Shown: positions 1 to 15,000 of the stretch, one piece after another
How the letters are laid out: each line of letters begins with the position of its first letter
How positions within the stretch are numbered: the stretch's first letter is position 1
Assembly (NCBI GenBank): GCA_044226015.1
Contig: JBGAHS010000008.1
Coordinates: 192,001 to 256,000, forward strand
Length of the DNA: 64,000 nt
Direction: 5' to 3'
Source: Candidatus Obscuribacteraceae bacterium
GTDB taxonomy: Bacteria > Cyanobacteriota > Vampirovibrionia > Obscuribacterales > Obscuribacteraceae
The notes under the pieces: generated by a model
What the model was told of the DNA's origin: nothing
The model's input: only the letters and a program-made list of their open reading frames with translations
Database searches by the model: none
Translations under genes and position numbers: made by a program

Positions 1-1
1 A

Positions 2-3000
2 GTTGTGGGCGGTGACATCACAAATACTGGCGGAACGGGTTCAGTAGTGGTCGACTCTGCCACAGGCTCAGTAACAACAGCCAGAGTAGAAAGCCATGGC
101 GCGATCACACTGGGCAACACAAGCGGCGGCACTGGTGTCACCATCAACGGAGCAATCCTGAACACGGGCGGCTCTGGAAACATTCAACTTCTAGCCAACT
201 CAGGAGATATCTCCGGCTTACACACTCTAACGTCAGTCGGTGACCTCACCATTTCAAATATTAACGGCTCAATCGGTAGCACAACTGCAATCGGTAACTT
301 GTTTGGCGGTGGAGCTGGCAAGACCATCACGGTCAACGCAGGAAGCACAGGCAGAGTTGGCAGCATCACCAACGACAGCGCAAGCGGCAATGGTGGCACA
401 ATCACAGTCACCACAACTGCTGCCTTCCAATCGACCGGCGCTGTGAGCGCGCAGAGCACGGCCGGCAGTGCATTCAGCGGCGGTATCATCAGCATCAAGA
501 GCAGCTCAGGTACAGTTGAGGTCGACGGTTCCGTCAACAGCAACACAACCGGCACGGGCACTGCAGGTAGCATCAGCATCGATGCAGGAACAGGCACACT
601 CGAAATAAACAAAGGAAGCGCTGGCGCCAATGTCATTCAGGGAACGCTCAGCTCCGACAAGGGTAATGTCATTGTTCAGTCGAACAGCATTCTCTTGAGA
701 GGTGCTAGCCCAGCAATCACCGGACGCAACATCGGACTTAATGCACGCACCGGTGATATCCAGGCAGCAGTGGCTGGTCAGGGCGGTTTGAGCGCTACCA
801 ACAACATAGCGATGACTGCGGTGACAGGCATCGGTACTGTCGGCGGCAACCCAATAACCATCAGCTCTAGTGGCAGCACTCTGAGCTCAAAGACAAGCAG
901 CTCAGGTTCTACCTATATATCTGTAACTAGCGGCAACCTTACTGTCGGCAACGTTTCTGTCGGACCTGTTAACCCCAACACGGGCGTGCAGGCTCCTGGT
1001 TCTATTCAGATTGATGTACCGGGCAACCTCGCAATTCTCGATGGCTCGCCAATCAATACGACTGGTACAAGCCAGACCATCGACATTCACGCCAACAGCT
1101 TCACTGGCTCTGGCACAACAACAACCTTGATTGATGCTGGCAACACGGGCTCTGTCCTCATCGCTCCAACAACGAACGGACAAGCTATCGCACTGGGTGG
1201 CAGCGGCTACCTGAGCGGCACCATGCTATCCAAAATCAAGGCTCTCAACCTTCAGGTTGGTAACCTCGGCACTTACACCGGAAGCGTTACGCTCGCAGGA
1301 CTCATCAACAATGGCACGGCGGCTGCGGGTTCGACAGCTGGTTCTTACAACCTGTCGATTCTCAGCAATGGCACCATCGACACATCTGCGTTCACCATCA
1401 CTACCAATACAAGCAATCTGACGATCGATTCCGAAGAATCTACCAGCGGAACAGCAACCAAGGTTGGTGCCCTCATCGGCACTGGCGGAAATATCTCTGT
1501 CACTGGCAACAAGGGCGTCACACTTGCAGGCGTGATCAACAATGCTGGCACAGGCACCATCAGCGTACTTGCTAAGCAGGGCACGCTCGATGTTCAGAAC
1601 AACACAATCAGCACAACCGGCACGGGCACAGTCACCATCAACAACTTGAATGGTGCAATATCCAACGTCGGTTCTGTTTCAGGTGCCGGAGTGATCAATA
1701 TAGGTAATGCTAGCGGCACAACATCGATAAGCATAACCACCGGCACTATCGACAACACAGCTTCATCCACGAACTCCGCAGTCAACATTCTCAGCAGCGG
1801 AGCAATCAGCGCAGCGGGACGTAGCGTCAATTCTGACGGCGTCATCACACTGAGCGGCAACGGTGGAGTCACTATCGGTGGATTGAACAACTCAGGCTCT
1901 GGAGTTGCAAGTGCCATTCATGTCAACGATGGCACCGAAGGCGGTGCGGTATCAATCGGCGCAGTAAGCAGCGTCGGTTCAATCGCCATCGGCAACAACA
2001 GCAACACAGCTGGTGTCACCCTCACAAACGGGGCAATCGACAACAGCACAGCAAGCACACCGCAGTCGATTAGCATTCGCTCTAACACTGTTGGCATTTC
2101 TGGCAACGGACACAATGTCATTTCAACGGGAACCATCACTCTCAGCTCTAACTCAGGACCGGTCGTCATCGGTGCGCTCAATAACAGCGGCGTTGGCGCA
2201 AGTGGCGATATCTTCGTCAACTCCGGCAGTGAAACTGGTGCAATCACCGTTGATGCTATCAACAGTAGGGGAGACATCAATGTCGGCAACAGCACAGGCA
2301 CCGCTGGTGTAACCCTGACAGGTGTCATCAACAACTCTTCAGCAGCAAGCGCGAAGAATGTGACCATACTCGCTAACAACAGCGGTATCTCCGGTGCTGG
2401 TCAGACCGTCACCTCTATCGGCAACATCACTTTGAGAGCGCCAGGTGGAGTAAATATCGGAGCACTGAATAACTCTGGAGCATCGACTGCAGCTACCATC
2501 AATGTAAATGATGGAACACAGTCTGGCACAATCGCCGTAGCAGGAGCACTCAGCAGAGGCACAATCACGATCGGCAACAGCACTGGAACAAGCGGGGTCA
2601 CTATCAGCGGTGCTATCAGCAACGCGACGGCAGCAAGTGCACAGAGCGTTACTGTACACTCTGCATCTGGCGGCATCAGTGGTGCTGGACAAAGTATCAG
2701 TTCCATCGGCAGCATCGTCCTCGACGGAGTTGGCGGCGTAAACATCGGAGACCTGACCAACTCAAGCAGTACCACTGCAGCAGCAATTCAAGTCAACAAT
2801 GGAACTCAGAGTGGAGCGGTTGCAGTAGGCAACGTGAACAGCGTTGGCGCCATCAGTATTGGTAATAACACCGCCACAGCAGGAGTAACGCTGAACGGAA
2901 ACATCAGCAACGTAACAGCCTCTACACCGCAAAGTGTCAGCATTCTTTCTGACTCAGTGGGCATCAGCGGCGCTGGCAAGACGGTAAGCTCACTCGGCGG

Positions 3001-6000
3001 CATCACATTGAGTTCTGACACTGGCGCTGTCAGCATCGGCGCACTGACCAACAATGGTGTGGGTGCAGCGGGCGACGTTAACGTCAACTCTGCGGCTGAA
3101 ACCGGGGCTGTCAGCGTCGGAGCCATCAATAGCAAGGGCGCAGTCAACGTTGGAAACACCGCTTCTGCTTCCGTAACTCTAAATGGTCTCATCGACAACA
3201 GTTCCGCTGCCAGTGCGAAGGATGTAAGCGTCCTTGCCAGCGGAGCCATCTCTGGTGGAAGCAACACAATCACATCTGTCGGCAACATCACACTGCGAGG
3301 CAATGGTGGAGTCAGCATCGGAGCTTTGAATAACTCCGGTGCATCCAGCGCTGCATCAGTGCTGGTCAACGATGGTACAGAAGCTGGAAGCGTCAGTGTC
3401 GGCAGCATTAGCAGCAAGGGCGATATCACTGTCGGTAATTCGACAGGAAGCACCGGAGTCACTCTTGGTGGTGACATCAATAACTCAAGCGCTTCGTCAC
3501 CACAAGCAGTCACTATCCTCTCATCCTCCGGCGGTATCAACGGTACTGGCAGAGCAATCGACTCGCTAGGTGCTATCACACTGCGTGCTGCCGGCGGTGT
3601 CACAATCGGCACTCTGACCAACAGCGGCACAGGAGCTGCTGGCGACGTGAGTGTGAACGACCAGACCCAATCGGGTGTGGTGAGCGTAGGTGCGATTAGC
3701 AGCAAGGGTGCAGTCAAACTGGGCAACACCAGCAGCACTTCTGTGACACTCGGTGGAAACATCGATAACAGCAGCGCTGCAGCAGCTAAAGACGTGACGA
3801 TTCTGGCAGCAGGAGCCTTGAACGGTTCAGTCAGAACAATCACATCTCTCGGTAACATCACATTGAGAGCAGACGGTGGAGTGACCATCGGCGACCTCGA
3901 TAACCACACAGGTTCTGGCTCTGTATCCGTCAACGACACAAACCAGAATGGAGCACTCGTAGTCGGAGCAGTAACTAGCACCGGCAACATCACGCTGGGC
4001 AACCTCACTAACACCTCTGGTGTTGCGCTGAACGGCGACCTCGACAACCATACAAATGCAAGCTCCGATATCCTCGTATACACTGCAACTGGCGACATTA
4101 GCAACACAGTGGTCCGCTCAATCAACGCTGGTCATGCATTCGATATCGAAGCAAGCAATGGCTCAATCGGTAATACAGCACCACTCGGCAACCTCACCGC
4201 AGGTGGTGCAGCCTCCAAGATCACCGCTAAGGGAGTTATCGGCGCCGGTGATGTGACCAACCACGGTGGCTCTATCAGCATAGTCAATTCAGACAACACT
4301 GCATCGGGCAGCACGACTGTAGGAACCGTTGACACATCAGGTGCAGCTGGCGGCACTATCTCCATCACTGGAGGCAACGACGTTTCAGCAGTAGCGCTAA
4401 ACAGCAGCGCAACTAGCACCACTGCTGGTTCGATTACTGTAGATGTATCGGCAAGCACCAACAGCAAAATCTCCGTACTCGGAGCCATCAATGCTAGCGG
4501 AGCAACTAACGGCAATTTCGTTCATTTGTATGCTGACAATGGAAGTTCAGTCTCTTCATCAATAAGAGTAAACAATGGCATCAACACCTCCGGAAGCGGC
4601 CTCGCAGGGGATGTTGAAGTCAAAGTTGGCAGCGTCGGAACTCTGATAGTCAACGCAGACAACGGAGCAACTGGAAACAACACTATAGGCTCTATCACCG
4701 CGACAGGGGCTTCCGGTGGTTCAGTTCTCCTCGAAAACAAGGCAGGTTCTGTCGCCTTCGGACGAACTGGCAATGCTGTTAACTCATTCGGCACCATTAC
4801 TGTTAACGCTGCCAACATAGTCGGCAGTGCAGTGGGCTCTGGTAAGTTGAACTCAACAACTGGAGTCAACCTCAATGTGTTCTCTGGCAGTGGCAACATT
4901 GGTGATGCTAGCACTCAAGTTCAGGTCAACGCACCATCAATCAAGATTGGTCAGACCGGTGATGTTTCTGGAGCAGTCAACCCAACAAAAATTGGCATCA
5001 ACAGCCTCTCATCTGGGGCACTGACAGTCAGCAACCTCACCAACGCTGGCACTGGTCTCACCGCAAGCGGTGACATCTATATTTCGAACAATGGTGGCTT
5101 CAACATCAATAAGGATATCAGCAGCAGCGGCTCTGGCACGATAACTCTCGCGGCGTTGAGCGCTGGTAACATTCTCAGCGTTGGTGGCGGAACCATCGTT
5201 TCAACAGCTGGCTCAGCAGTGCTCAGCACAGCTGATGGCAGCATCGGCTCTAACTCACCGGTGTACAACCCAGTACTGACCAACGTTGCGCAGTTGCAAG
5301 CTAATGCTACAAATGGCAGCGTGTACGTAAGCGATGCTGATGCTCTTACAATAAATGCCAGTTCCGGTGCGAGCTCGGGCGCCTTCGACGTTAGACTGTC
5401 AGGCTCGGGCGACCTCACGGTAGCAGCGCCAGTATCCGCACAATCGGTCAACCTGGCTAGCAACCAGGGCTCTGGTACAGCTGCAGGCAACATCGTCGTG
5501 AACAGTGGCGTCACGGCTACGAATGGTTCACTCACGCTCTCGGCTGGTGCTGGCGGCGGAGCAGGAGCTGTAGGTTCAATCAATCTCAACTCTGCACTCA
5601 GCGCGACAGGCGGCAACGTAAATGTCAGTTCGTCAGTAAACGGAGGCGACATCAACGTTGGAGCGCAGGTAAGCGCCACATCAGGTGACATCAACCTCGA
5701 CGCACAGGGCAGCGCTAGCAAGATTGCCATCACGGCATCAGGCTTGAACCCTGCCCTGAAGACCACAAGCAGCGGAAATGTCATCCTCAGCTCAGGAACC
5801 GGCGGTCTGACCAGCTCTGGCAACGCCATCATCATAAGCTCTGTTGGCGACATCGACGCTAGCGCACTGGGCGGTGACGTGAACAGCAGCGGCACCGGCA
5901 ATGGTGGCGCGGTGGACTTCAGCGCGAGCAATGGTTTCATCAACCTCGGCAGCAACAATATCGTCAGCTCAGGCACCACATCAGGCACTGGTGGCACCGT

Positions 6001-9000
6001 CACCTTGCACGCCAAAGATGCAGTGACAGCAGGCAACATCACAGCGAAGGGAGTGGGCACATCGCAAGCTGGCGGAGTAGTCGACATCACCTCAAGCAGT
6101 GTACTGGCGCCAATTGTGGTCGGCAATATCGACAACACTGGCACCGCAAACGGCAGCTCTGTCACCGTCAATGCAGCACAGAATATTGTGACCGTGGGCT
6201 CAGTTAAGAGCAATGGCGCAATCACCATCGGAAATTCAAGCGGAGCAACCGGAATAATATTGAACGGTGACATCAGCAACTCTGGTGGCACTGGCTCTGT
6301 CCAATTGCTCACAAACACCGGTGATATCTCTAACGCCACATCGAGAAATATCAGCGCTGCTGGTGCTCTCACCATCAATGCTGGTGGCAACATCGGTAAC
6401 ACCGTAGCGCTGGGAGCACTCAGCGCAGGCGGCGGCGCGAATGCCCTCACTGTCGATGGCAATGGCGTCATCGCAGTGGGTTCAGTGAGCAATAACGCTG
6501 GCGCTGTAAGCATCACGAACCACGCAGTCGCAGCTGGCACATTAAGCACCGGTGCCATCACAACTGACGCAATCGGCTCGGGCACGGGTGGCAAGGTCTC
6601 ACTCTCGGTTGTAGGTGACCTCACAGTCAACGGCAACCTCACGGCTAAGGGACTCGGCAGCTCTAACAGCGGCGGCGTCATCGAACTGACTGGCAGCAAT
6701 ATTCGCGTAGACGGCTCTGTCGACAACACAAGCACAGGCAGCGGTACAGCTGGCACCACGACTATCAACACAGCTGCTGCGCTCACAATTCATGGCAGCG
6801 CAGGAGCCAACACAATCAGCGGCACCATCGATTCTGATGGCAACGTAGTAGTTCTGGCTAACGGAGTGACCCTGGCAGGGGCAGGAGATGCAGTCAGCGC
6901 TCTCGGTATCGGCATCAATGCAGGCACCGGCGCCATCAGCGCAAGCCTGGCAGGCGGTGGTGGATTGAATGCTTCCACAATCGCCTTGAATGCAACAACC
7001 GGAATCGGCAGCATCACAGGCAACAAACCAATCATCCTCTCAGCCACTGGCACCGTCAACGTCGGCTCCAAAGCAACAGGAGCAGCAGCTGACACCTATC
7101 TGAGTATCACCAACGGTAGCTTGGTGATCGGCAATGAAACCGTTGCAACAGGCACGGCTTCAGTCAGCGCAAATGGAGTCAGTTCGGGTGGCAACACCAA
7201 GATCGACACCACATCAGGCGACCTACACATCAGTACAGCAATCAGCGGTACAAATGTCGACCTCAGCACAACGGGAGTGGGCAACCACATTATTATGGAT
7301 GTCGGCGCTGGTCAGATTCACGCGACCAACGGTGACGTCAAACTCACAACCAATGGCGGCGGCATCTCATCGCAAGGTGGCAGCCTCGACGTACTCGCAA
7401 CCGGTGGCAATGCAATCATAGCTCTCAGCCAGGGTGCAAATATCGGCACACTGGACCTCAGCGGCCAGAGCGGTGCGACAGTAACAATCAAGGGTCAAGC
7501 AGTTGACCTCAAGGGCGCTGGTAGCGCTAACGCCGACATCACCACGGCAAACGGAGCCGTGAGCCTGACCTCCGACAGCGGCTCTATCAGCAACGTAGGA
7601 AGCATCACTACAGGTGGTGCTAAGGTCGACCTCAAAGCAACTGGCGGCAACATCGCAGCGGGCGCTATCGACACAAGTGCTGCAGCTGGTGGCAAACTCA
7701 CTGCCTCGGCTACAGGTTCCATAACAATCGCTGGTTCAATCAAGACTGACGGAACAGCAGGCGCTGGCGGTGGAGTAGACCTCAGCAGCGGCACAAGCAC
7801 CACAGTCAGTGGTTCAATTTCTGCCAAAGGCAATGCCGCTTCCGGCGGCACTGTCAGTCTCTCCTCAGACGGACTACAAGTGGATGGCAGCATCAACAAT
7901 ACTGGAACTGGCACGGCTGGCATTTCGCTAACTAACGTCCAGTCAACTACATTTAATGGAATCGCTGGCATCAACGTCATTGCTGGAACCATCAACTCAT
8001 CCGGCAATGTCGAAATCCAGAGCGCAGGTGTTTTACTCGCGGGCGCAGGCAGCGCAATCAGCGCCAAGGGTATCGGCATCAACTCGAGCGCAGGAATCTC
8101 AGCGACTGCGGCTGGCAATGGCGGACTGGATGCTGCGACAGTGGCTCTGACAGCCGCTGCTGCCATCGGCTCTGCGGCAATTCCAATCAGCCTCAGCTCT
8201 ACCGGAACGACATTGTTCGGCAGCTCAACAAGCAGCGCTGCCACAAGCGTTCAAACCACAGCAGGCGACCTCACAGTTGGCAGCGCAACAGTCGGAGCAA
8301 TCTCTGCTAACGGCATCAGCGCCCCTGGCGATGTCACAATTAAGGTGGCTGCAACCAAGAATCTGTCAATTGCTACCGGCTCGCCAGTTACATCAAGTGG
8401 CGTAGGCAAGCAAATCAACATCAGTGCTGACTCATTAACAGGATGGGGAACGGGCGTTCTCGTTAACGCACAAGCAAGCGGCTCTGTCAGCTTCGTAACG
8501 ACATCCAACAGCGCAATGGAAGTTGCTGGTACTTACATATCGGCTACACAACTTGGTCAAATAAGAGCCAAGGATGTGCAGTTCGGCAACAACGGCAGCT
8601 ACACCGGTGACATCACACTGGGCGGCACGGTCAACAACGGCAACGCAGCTGCCGGCGATGCGGCAGGTGGCTCATACAACCTGTCCCTACTAACTGGTGG
8701 CAAGTTCGATGCCAGCGGCAACACGATCAATACAAAGGTCAACAATCTCAGCATTGATGCGGAAAGCAGCTCAGCAACGGCAGTTAAGACAGGAGCCATC
8801 GTGGCTACTGGTGGCAACGTTCAAATCACCGGCAACAATGGAGTGACTCTCGGCGGTGCAATTTCCAACTCAGGAACCGGTCTCATCGACATCGTTTCGA
8901 AGACTGGAACTCTTGACGGAGGCGACGCCACAATCAGCTCAACTGGAACTGGCACAATCAGTGTCAACAACATCGCTGGCAATATCAATAATCTCGGAGC

Positions 9001-12000
9001 AGTAAGTGGCTTCAATTCCATCACCATCGGCAACAGCTCTGGCGGCACAGGAATAGTAATGCACGGAAACATCAGCAATGCTGGTGGCACCGGTAACGTA
9101 CAAATTCTCAATGCAACGGGAATCATCAACGGCGGTTCATTCGATGTCAGCTCTGCTGGCGACTTGACCATCACCAACAGCGGTGCAGGTGCGATTAGCT
9201 TCACGGGTGGAACGCTGAAGTCCACAGGCGGAAATATCGCAGTAACTCAGACTGGCGCAGGCGCCTTGCAAGTAGCAGCCGTAGACAATACATCTAATGG
9301 CTCAATCACATTGAATGCAGTATTGGGCAGCACCACTGCAGGAACAGTCACAGCCGACGGTGGATTGGTGACGATCGGCAACGGAACAACCGGCACCGGT
9401 GTGGTACTGAATGGCGACATCGATAACACCAAGACTGGTGGCGGTGGCAGTGGCGTGAGTGTCCTCTCAGGACTCGGCGGTATATCAGGTGGCACACACA
9501 GCATAACATCTGATGGCATCGTGAACGTGACTGGCGCTGGGGCTGTTAGCATCGGAGCTATAGATAACACAACGGGTACGAGCACGGTCACTGTAGACTC
9601 CACCGGCAGCACGGTTGCTGTCGGAGCCGTCAGCAGCAAGAATTCGATCAGCATCGGCAGCTTCGGTTCTACTGGGGTTACACTCAGTGGGTTGATTGCA
9701 AACGATGGCACTGGAGCAAGCGGGTCAGTCACCATCCACACTCTGAGCGGCGGCATCAGCGGCACGCAAAATGTTCAATCTAAAGGTGCAATTGACATTG
9801 TTGCTATAAACGGTGATGTCTCGATGGGTTCGGTCAACAACGCGTCTGGAACTGGCGTCGTAAACGTTGAAGCGAGCAATGGGATAAGTAATGTTGGAGC
9901 AGTCACAAGCACATCCAAAATCACCATTGGCTCAGTAACAGGCGCCGGTGTGAACCTCAACGGTGCCGTCAGCAACAGCGGCGGAACTGGCGACGTGATC
10001 ATCGAAGCCAACAGCGGAGCCATCAATGGCGGTTCCAACAACGTAACTTCTGCCGGCGACCTCATTCTCAGCAATGGCTCAGCCGGAGGCATCAGCTTCA
10101 CGGGTGGCACGCTGAGCACCAGCGGTGGAATAGTCTCAGTCAAGACACACGGCACTGGCAACAGCAGCGTCAACGCCATCAGCTCTAACGGCGGCGCTAT
10201 CACGGTGGACGCGAATAACGGCGTCACAACAGTGGGATTGAGCGGTGGCGCAGTTAACTCCGGAGCAGGTGCTATCACTCTCGGCAACAGCACCAGCGGA
10301 ACTGGAGTGACACTGGGCGGTGATGTCAGCTCGACAGGCTCAGGCAACATCAGCCTACTGGCCAACAGCGGCAACATCAATGGTGGCTCGAACAATGTCA
10401 CCGCTGGTGGCAGCCTGACAGTCACCCTGGCTACAGGAGCTGGTAACATCAGCTTCACTGGAGGCACGCTCACCGCGAAGGGCGGTTCCCTCGATGTAGC
10501 TCAGAACGGCACAGGCAACGTCGTGCTCAACGACCTCAGCCAACAAGCTCTGGGTCAGAGCGTCAACGTCGACGCTACAGCAGGCACGATCAGCGTAGCC
10601 AACATCACAGCGGCAGGTGGCGTCGTCAACCTCGGCAACATACTCGGTAACACGGGCATCACACTCACAGGCAACATCGACAACACCGCTGGTGGTGCTG
10701 GTGCTGCTGTGAATGTTCAGGCTGGAAACGGAGCTATCTCAGCTTCAACCCGTACGATCACATCCGATGGACAAGTATTCCTCTACGCGAAGAATGCGAT
10801 CTCGGTCGGTGATATCAATAATTCGACAGGCTCTCAATCAGTAACGATCGACTCCACATCCGGAGCCATCAACACTGCAGCAGTCACAAGCAAGGGTCAG
10901 ATCAACATAGGTTCCAACACCTCTGCGTCGGTCACACTTGGCGGTAAGATCGACAACTCGACGAGCCTCGCTGGCATCAGCATCACCGCAAGCGGTGCTA
11001 TCATCGGCGGCTCAAACTCGGTAGCTGGCGGTCCCGGACCACTCGTTATCACAAGCAAGAACACTGGTGGAGTGAGCTTCAGCGGTGGTCAGATCAGCTC
11101 CAATAGCGGTGCAATCACAGTGCAGTCTCTCGGAACTGGCGACACGCAAGTTGCCGGAGTTAATTCGCAGGGCGGAACCGTTATCATCAATGCTGCTAAA
11201 GGAACGACTACAGTTGGATTCGGCAGCAACACAGTTAGCTCTGGAAGCGGCTCAATGACCATCGGCAACAACACCAGCGGTGGTGGCACTGGAGTAGTCG
11301 TAAACGGAGACCTTTCATCAACTGGAACCGGCAACATAGCAATTCTTGCTGACACAGGTTCTATTTCCGGTGCATCGCACAACGTGACAGCAGGCGGTGG
11401 ATTGACCGTCAACATCGCTAATGGTGCAGGAACCATCGACTTCACTAGCGGAATTCTCACGGCGAAGGGCGGATCGCTCATCGTCACGCAGCTAGGTACG
11501 GGCAACATCACGCTAAGCTCTCTCAGCCAACAATCGACTGGCGACATCGTCTTTGTTGATGCATCTGCTGGAACCGTCAGTGTGGGCAATGTGAACGCGT
11601 TCGGCGGTCAGGTTACACTCGGCAACAACGGCACTGGCGCTGGCGTCACACTCAACGGCAACATAGTGAACACCAAGGCAGGCGGTGGCGGCTCTAGCGT
11701 GACCATCTACGCAGGAGCAGGTTCTATCGCCGGAGCAGGCAAGACAATCACCTCAGACGGTCAGGTGCTTCTAGACTCTGCTACAGGCACAACAATTGGT
11801 GATATCAACAACACCACGGGAAGCAGCACTGTCGACCTGGACTCAAACGGCGCAATCAGCACCGGCTCGATTTCTAGCAATGGCGCTATAACAGTAGGAA
11901 GCAATAGCACAACATCCGTAACACTCGGTGGCGATATAAGCAACTTCGGTGGTACAGGCGATGTAAGCGTAACTGCTGTCGGGGCTATCAACGGCGGCGT

Positions 12001-15000
12001 CAACAATGTAACGGCAGCTGACAACCTGACAATTCACAGCATCACTAGTGGTGGCATCACATTCACAGCGGGCACTTTGAGCGCCAACAACGGGGCGGTC
12101 GATGTGGCATCACTGGGCGCTGGCAATACCAGTGTCAATGCAGTCTCCAACAATGGCGGCAGCATCACAGTGGACGCTTCTAACGGACTCACCACTGTAG
12201 GTACGGTATTCAACACAACTGGCAACATCTTCCTCGGCAACAGCACCGGCGGTACAGGTGTCACTCTCAACAGCTCGGTAAGCACTGGTGCAGCTGGAGT
12301 GGTTTCCATCCTTTCTAATGGTGGAAGCATCACCGGCAACAGCCACCCCATCATCTTGGGCTCAGGAACCTTCACTGTTGACCCGACTGGCGGTTCGGTC
12401 GTCGGATTGGGCGCCGTCACAAGCAGTGGAACCATCAATATCGGTTCTGCAACAACCGGCTCTATTAGCATCACCGGCAAGCTCGACAACTCAACTGGAG
12501 TGGGCAAGGACATTAACATCCAGAGCGGCAGTGGCGCCGGCGGTATCAGCACCGTCGCCCTATCGTCCTCCGGCAACATCAATGTCAGAACCATCAACAC
12601 CTCAACTGGTGATGTAACCGTAACAGGCAAGATCAACGCAGTAACAGGCTCAGGCGATGTGACTGTAGATGCGAAATCTGGTCAGGTATCCGTACTCGGT
12701 ATTGTCGCTAAAGGAAATATAGCTCTCGGCAATTCCAGCACCGGTAAGGGTGTCATCCTCAACGATGACATCGATAATCAGGAAACCGGTGCAACGGGCA
12801 CCCTGACGATAAGCGCTGCAAACGGTGGCATATCTGGAGTCCATGACCTGTTCTCAAACAGCACAATCTCAGTCAATGCAGTTGCAGGCGACGTGACCAT
12901 CGGCACAGCCGACAACAGCACAGGAAGCGCTTCAATTACAGTTGCTGCAGCTAACGGTATAACCACAATTTCCGGAGCATCCTCTGATGGTGGATTTGTC
13001 AGTATCGGCGACGGTGCGACTGGCACAGGTGTAGTTCTGAATGGCAACATCGCTAACACGAAGACTGGTGGTGGTGGCGCCGGCGTCCTCGTGCTATCTG
13101 GACTAGGCGGCATCAGCGCATCCGGCAGAAGCATTACATCAGACGGTCAGGTCGACGTGCTCGGCCAAAATGCTGTCAGCATCGGCAACATCGACAACAG
13201 CACCGGTAGCGGCACTGTCAATGTAAACTCCAACATCAACACTACATCAGTAGGAAGCGTCACTTCGCAAGGAGCTATCACACTCGGTAATTCCGTCGGT
13301 GGCACTGGCGTGGTAATGAACGGTGATGTCAAATCAATCACCACCGGTGGTGCAATCTCCATCAACAGCGCTAGCGGAACAATCAATGGCAACAGCTTCA
13401 ACACATTCACACAGAATGGAAGCATCACAATCAACCCTGGTACAGGCAACGTCACAGCTCTGGGCGACGTGCAGACCAAAGCTGGCGTCATTAACATCGG
13501 CACCAGCGATGGCATCAGCAGCACAGCAAGTGGTGTCAGCATCAACGGAACCGTAGACAACTCAACAAGCGTTGGTTCAGCCCTCAATATATTGAGCAAT
13601 ACCGGCGGAGTGAAGACTGGCAACGTTAGTGGTGGAGGAGCAGTTAACCTCAAATCACTCACAAGTGGAGATGTAGACCTCGGCTCTACAATCAGCGCTA
13701 ACGGAGTGCTCAGTATCTCAGCGGCAGGAACTGGCTCAATCAAGAGCGGCGCGGCAAGCGCTCTCTCTGGAATTGGCGTCAAGCTCACGGCTAACACCCT
13801 GGCTCTAGCAAATGGCAGCTCCATCAATGCTGGCGGCTCGACTGTCGTAATCGACCCGAACGCCAACCAGAGTATGGGTGTCAACGTGACAGGGGCAAGC
13901 ACTGAGACCTTCCTGGTTTCCAACGACTTGCTCTCTAATATCAGTAATACAAGCCTGGTCACATTGGGCAACAACAGTACAAGCGGTGGACTGAACTTCT
14001 ACAACAGCCTCACAACAGGCTACAACCTTGCGCTGCGCAATGCAGGCGGCATCACCATGAAGTCGGGCTCAACACTTGCAGTCGGAGCTAACGACCTGAC
14101 CATCGCCGCTGGTGGCGCTGTCAGCCTCGAAACAGTAACGGCAAGCACCGCGAAGATCGACGTTTCCGGAAGCTCAGTGACCTTCAACCAGGCATTCGGC
14201 GGCACAAGCGCTGATGTCAAACTGACCGCTAACAGCGGTTCGCTCAGCGGAGCCGGAACAGTTAGCGCATCCAAACTCGACATGAGCGCAAGCGATGGTT
14301 CTATCACTCTGTCAACAGCAGTTGCTGGCACGATGAAGGCTGTCACCAGCGGAACAAGCGCTGGCAACATCGCTCTGGTCAACACCGGCGCGCTTACTTC
14401 CTTCACAGCAAGCAGTGGCGGCGCAGCCTCAACCGTGTCGCTCACCAACACCGGTGATGTCATTCTTGGTGCCGCTGGGGTCAGTGGACCTGCTGGCGTC
14501 ACATTGAAACTCGGTGGCGCGGCAGGAGTCGCCCTCACCACAACAGGCAGTTCAATCAGCAGCAGCAACGGTGACGTTGCAATCACAACCGATGTTCTCA
14601 ACGGAAGCGGAAGCATCAGCAGCTCTGCAACCGGCAAAGTAAGCATCGAAACTTCAACAGCTGGCAGAGCCATCAATCTGGTTGCTGGCTCTGGCGGATT
14701 GCTTCTCAGCACAGCTCAGCTTGCAGCAATCAGCACGAAGACTTTGGTGGTCGGATCTGACACCGCAACAGGCAGCATCACCCTCGGTGGCGCTCTGGAT
14801 ATCACCGGCAAGTACGACCTCGAGCTGCGTCAAGCTGGAGCTGGCGGTTCAGTAACTACCACGGGTCAAACCCTGACACTTGGCACGCAGAACCTGACTG
14901 TGAATGCCGATACCGTTGACACGGGAGACGTGACTGGCACAGGAAGCAGCACAATCATCATTCTCAGCCTCACCGGGGTGAACGTCCACGGTGCGCTCGC

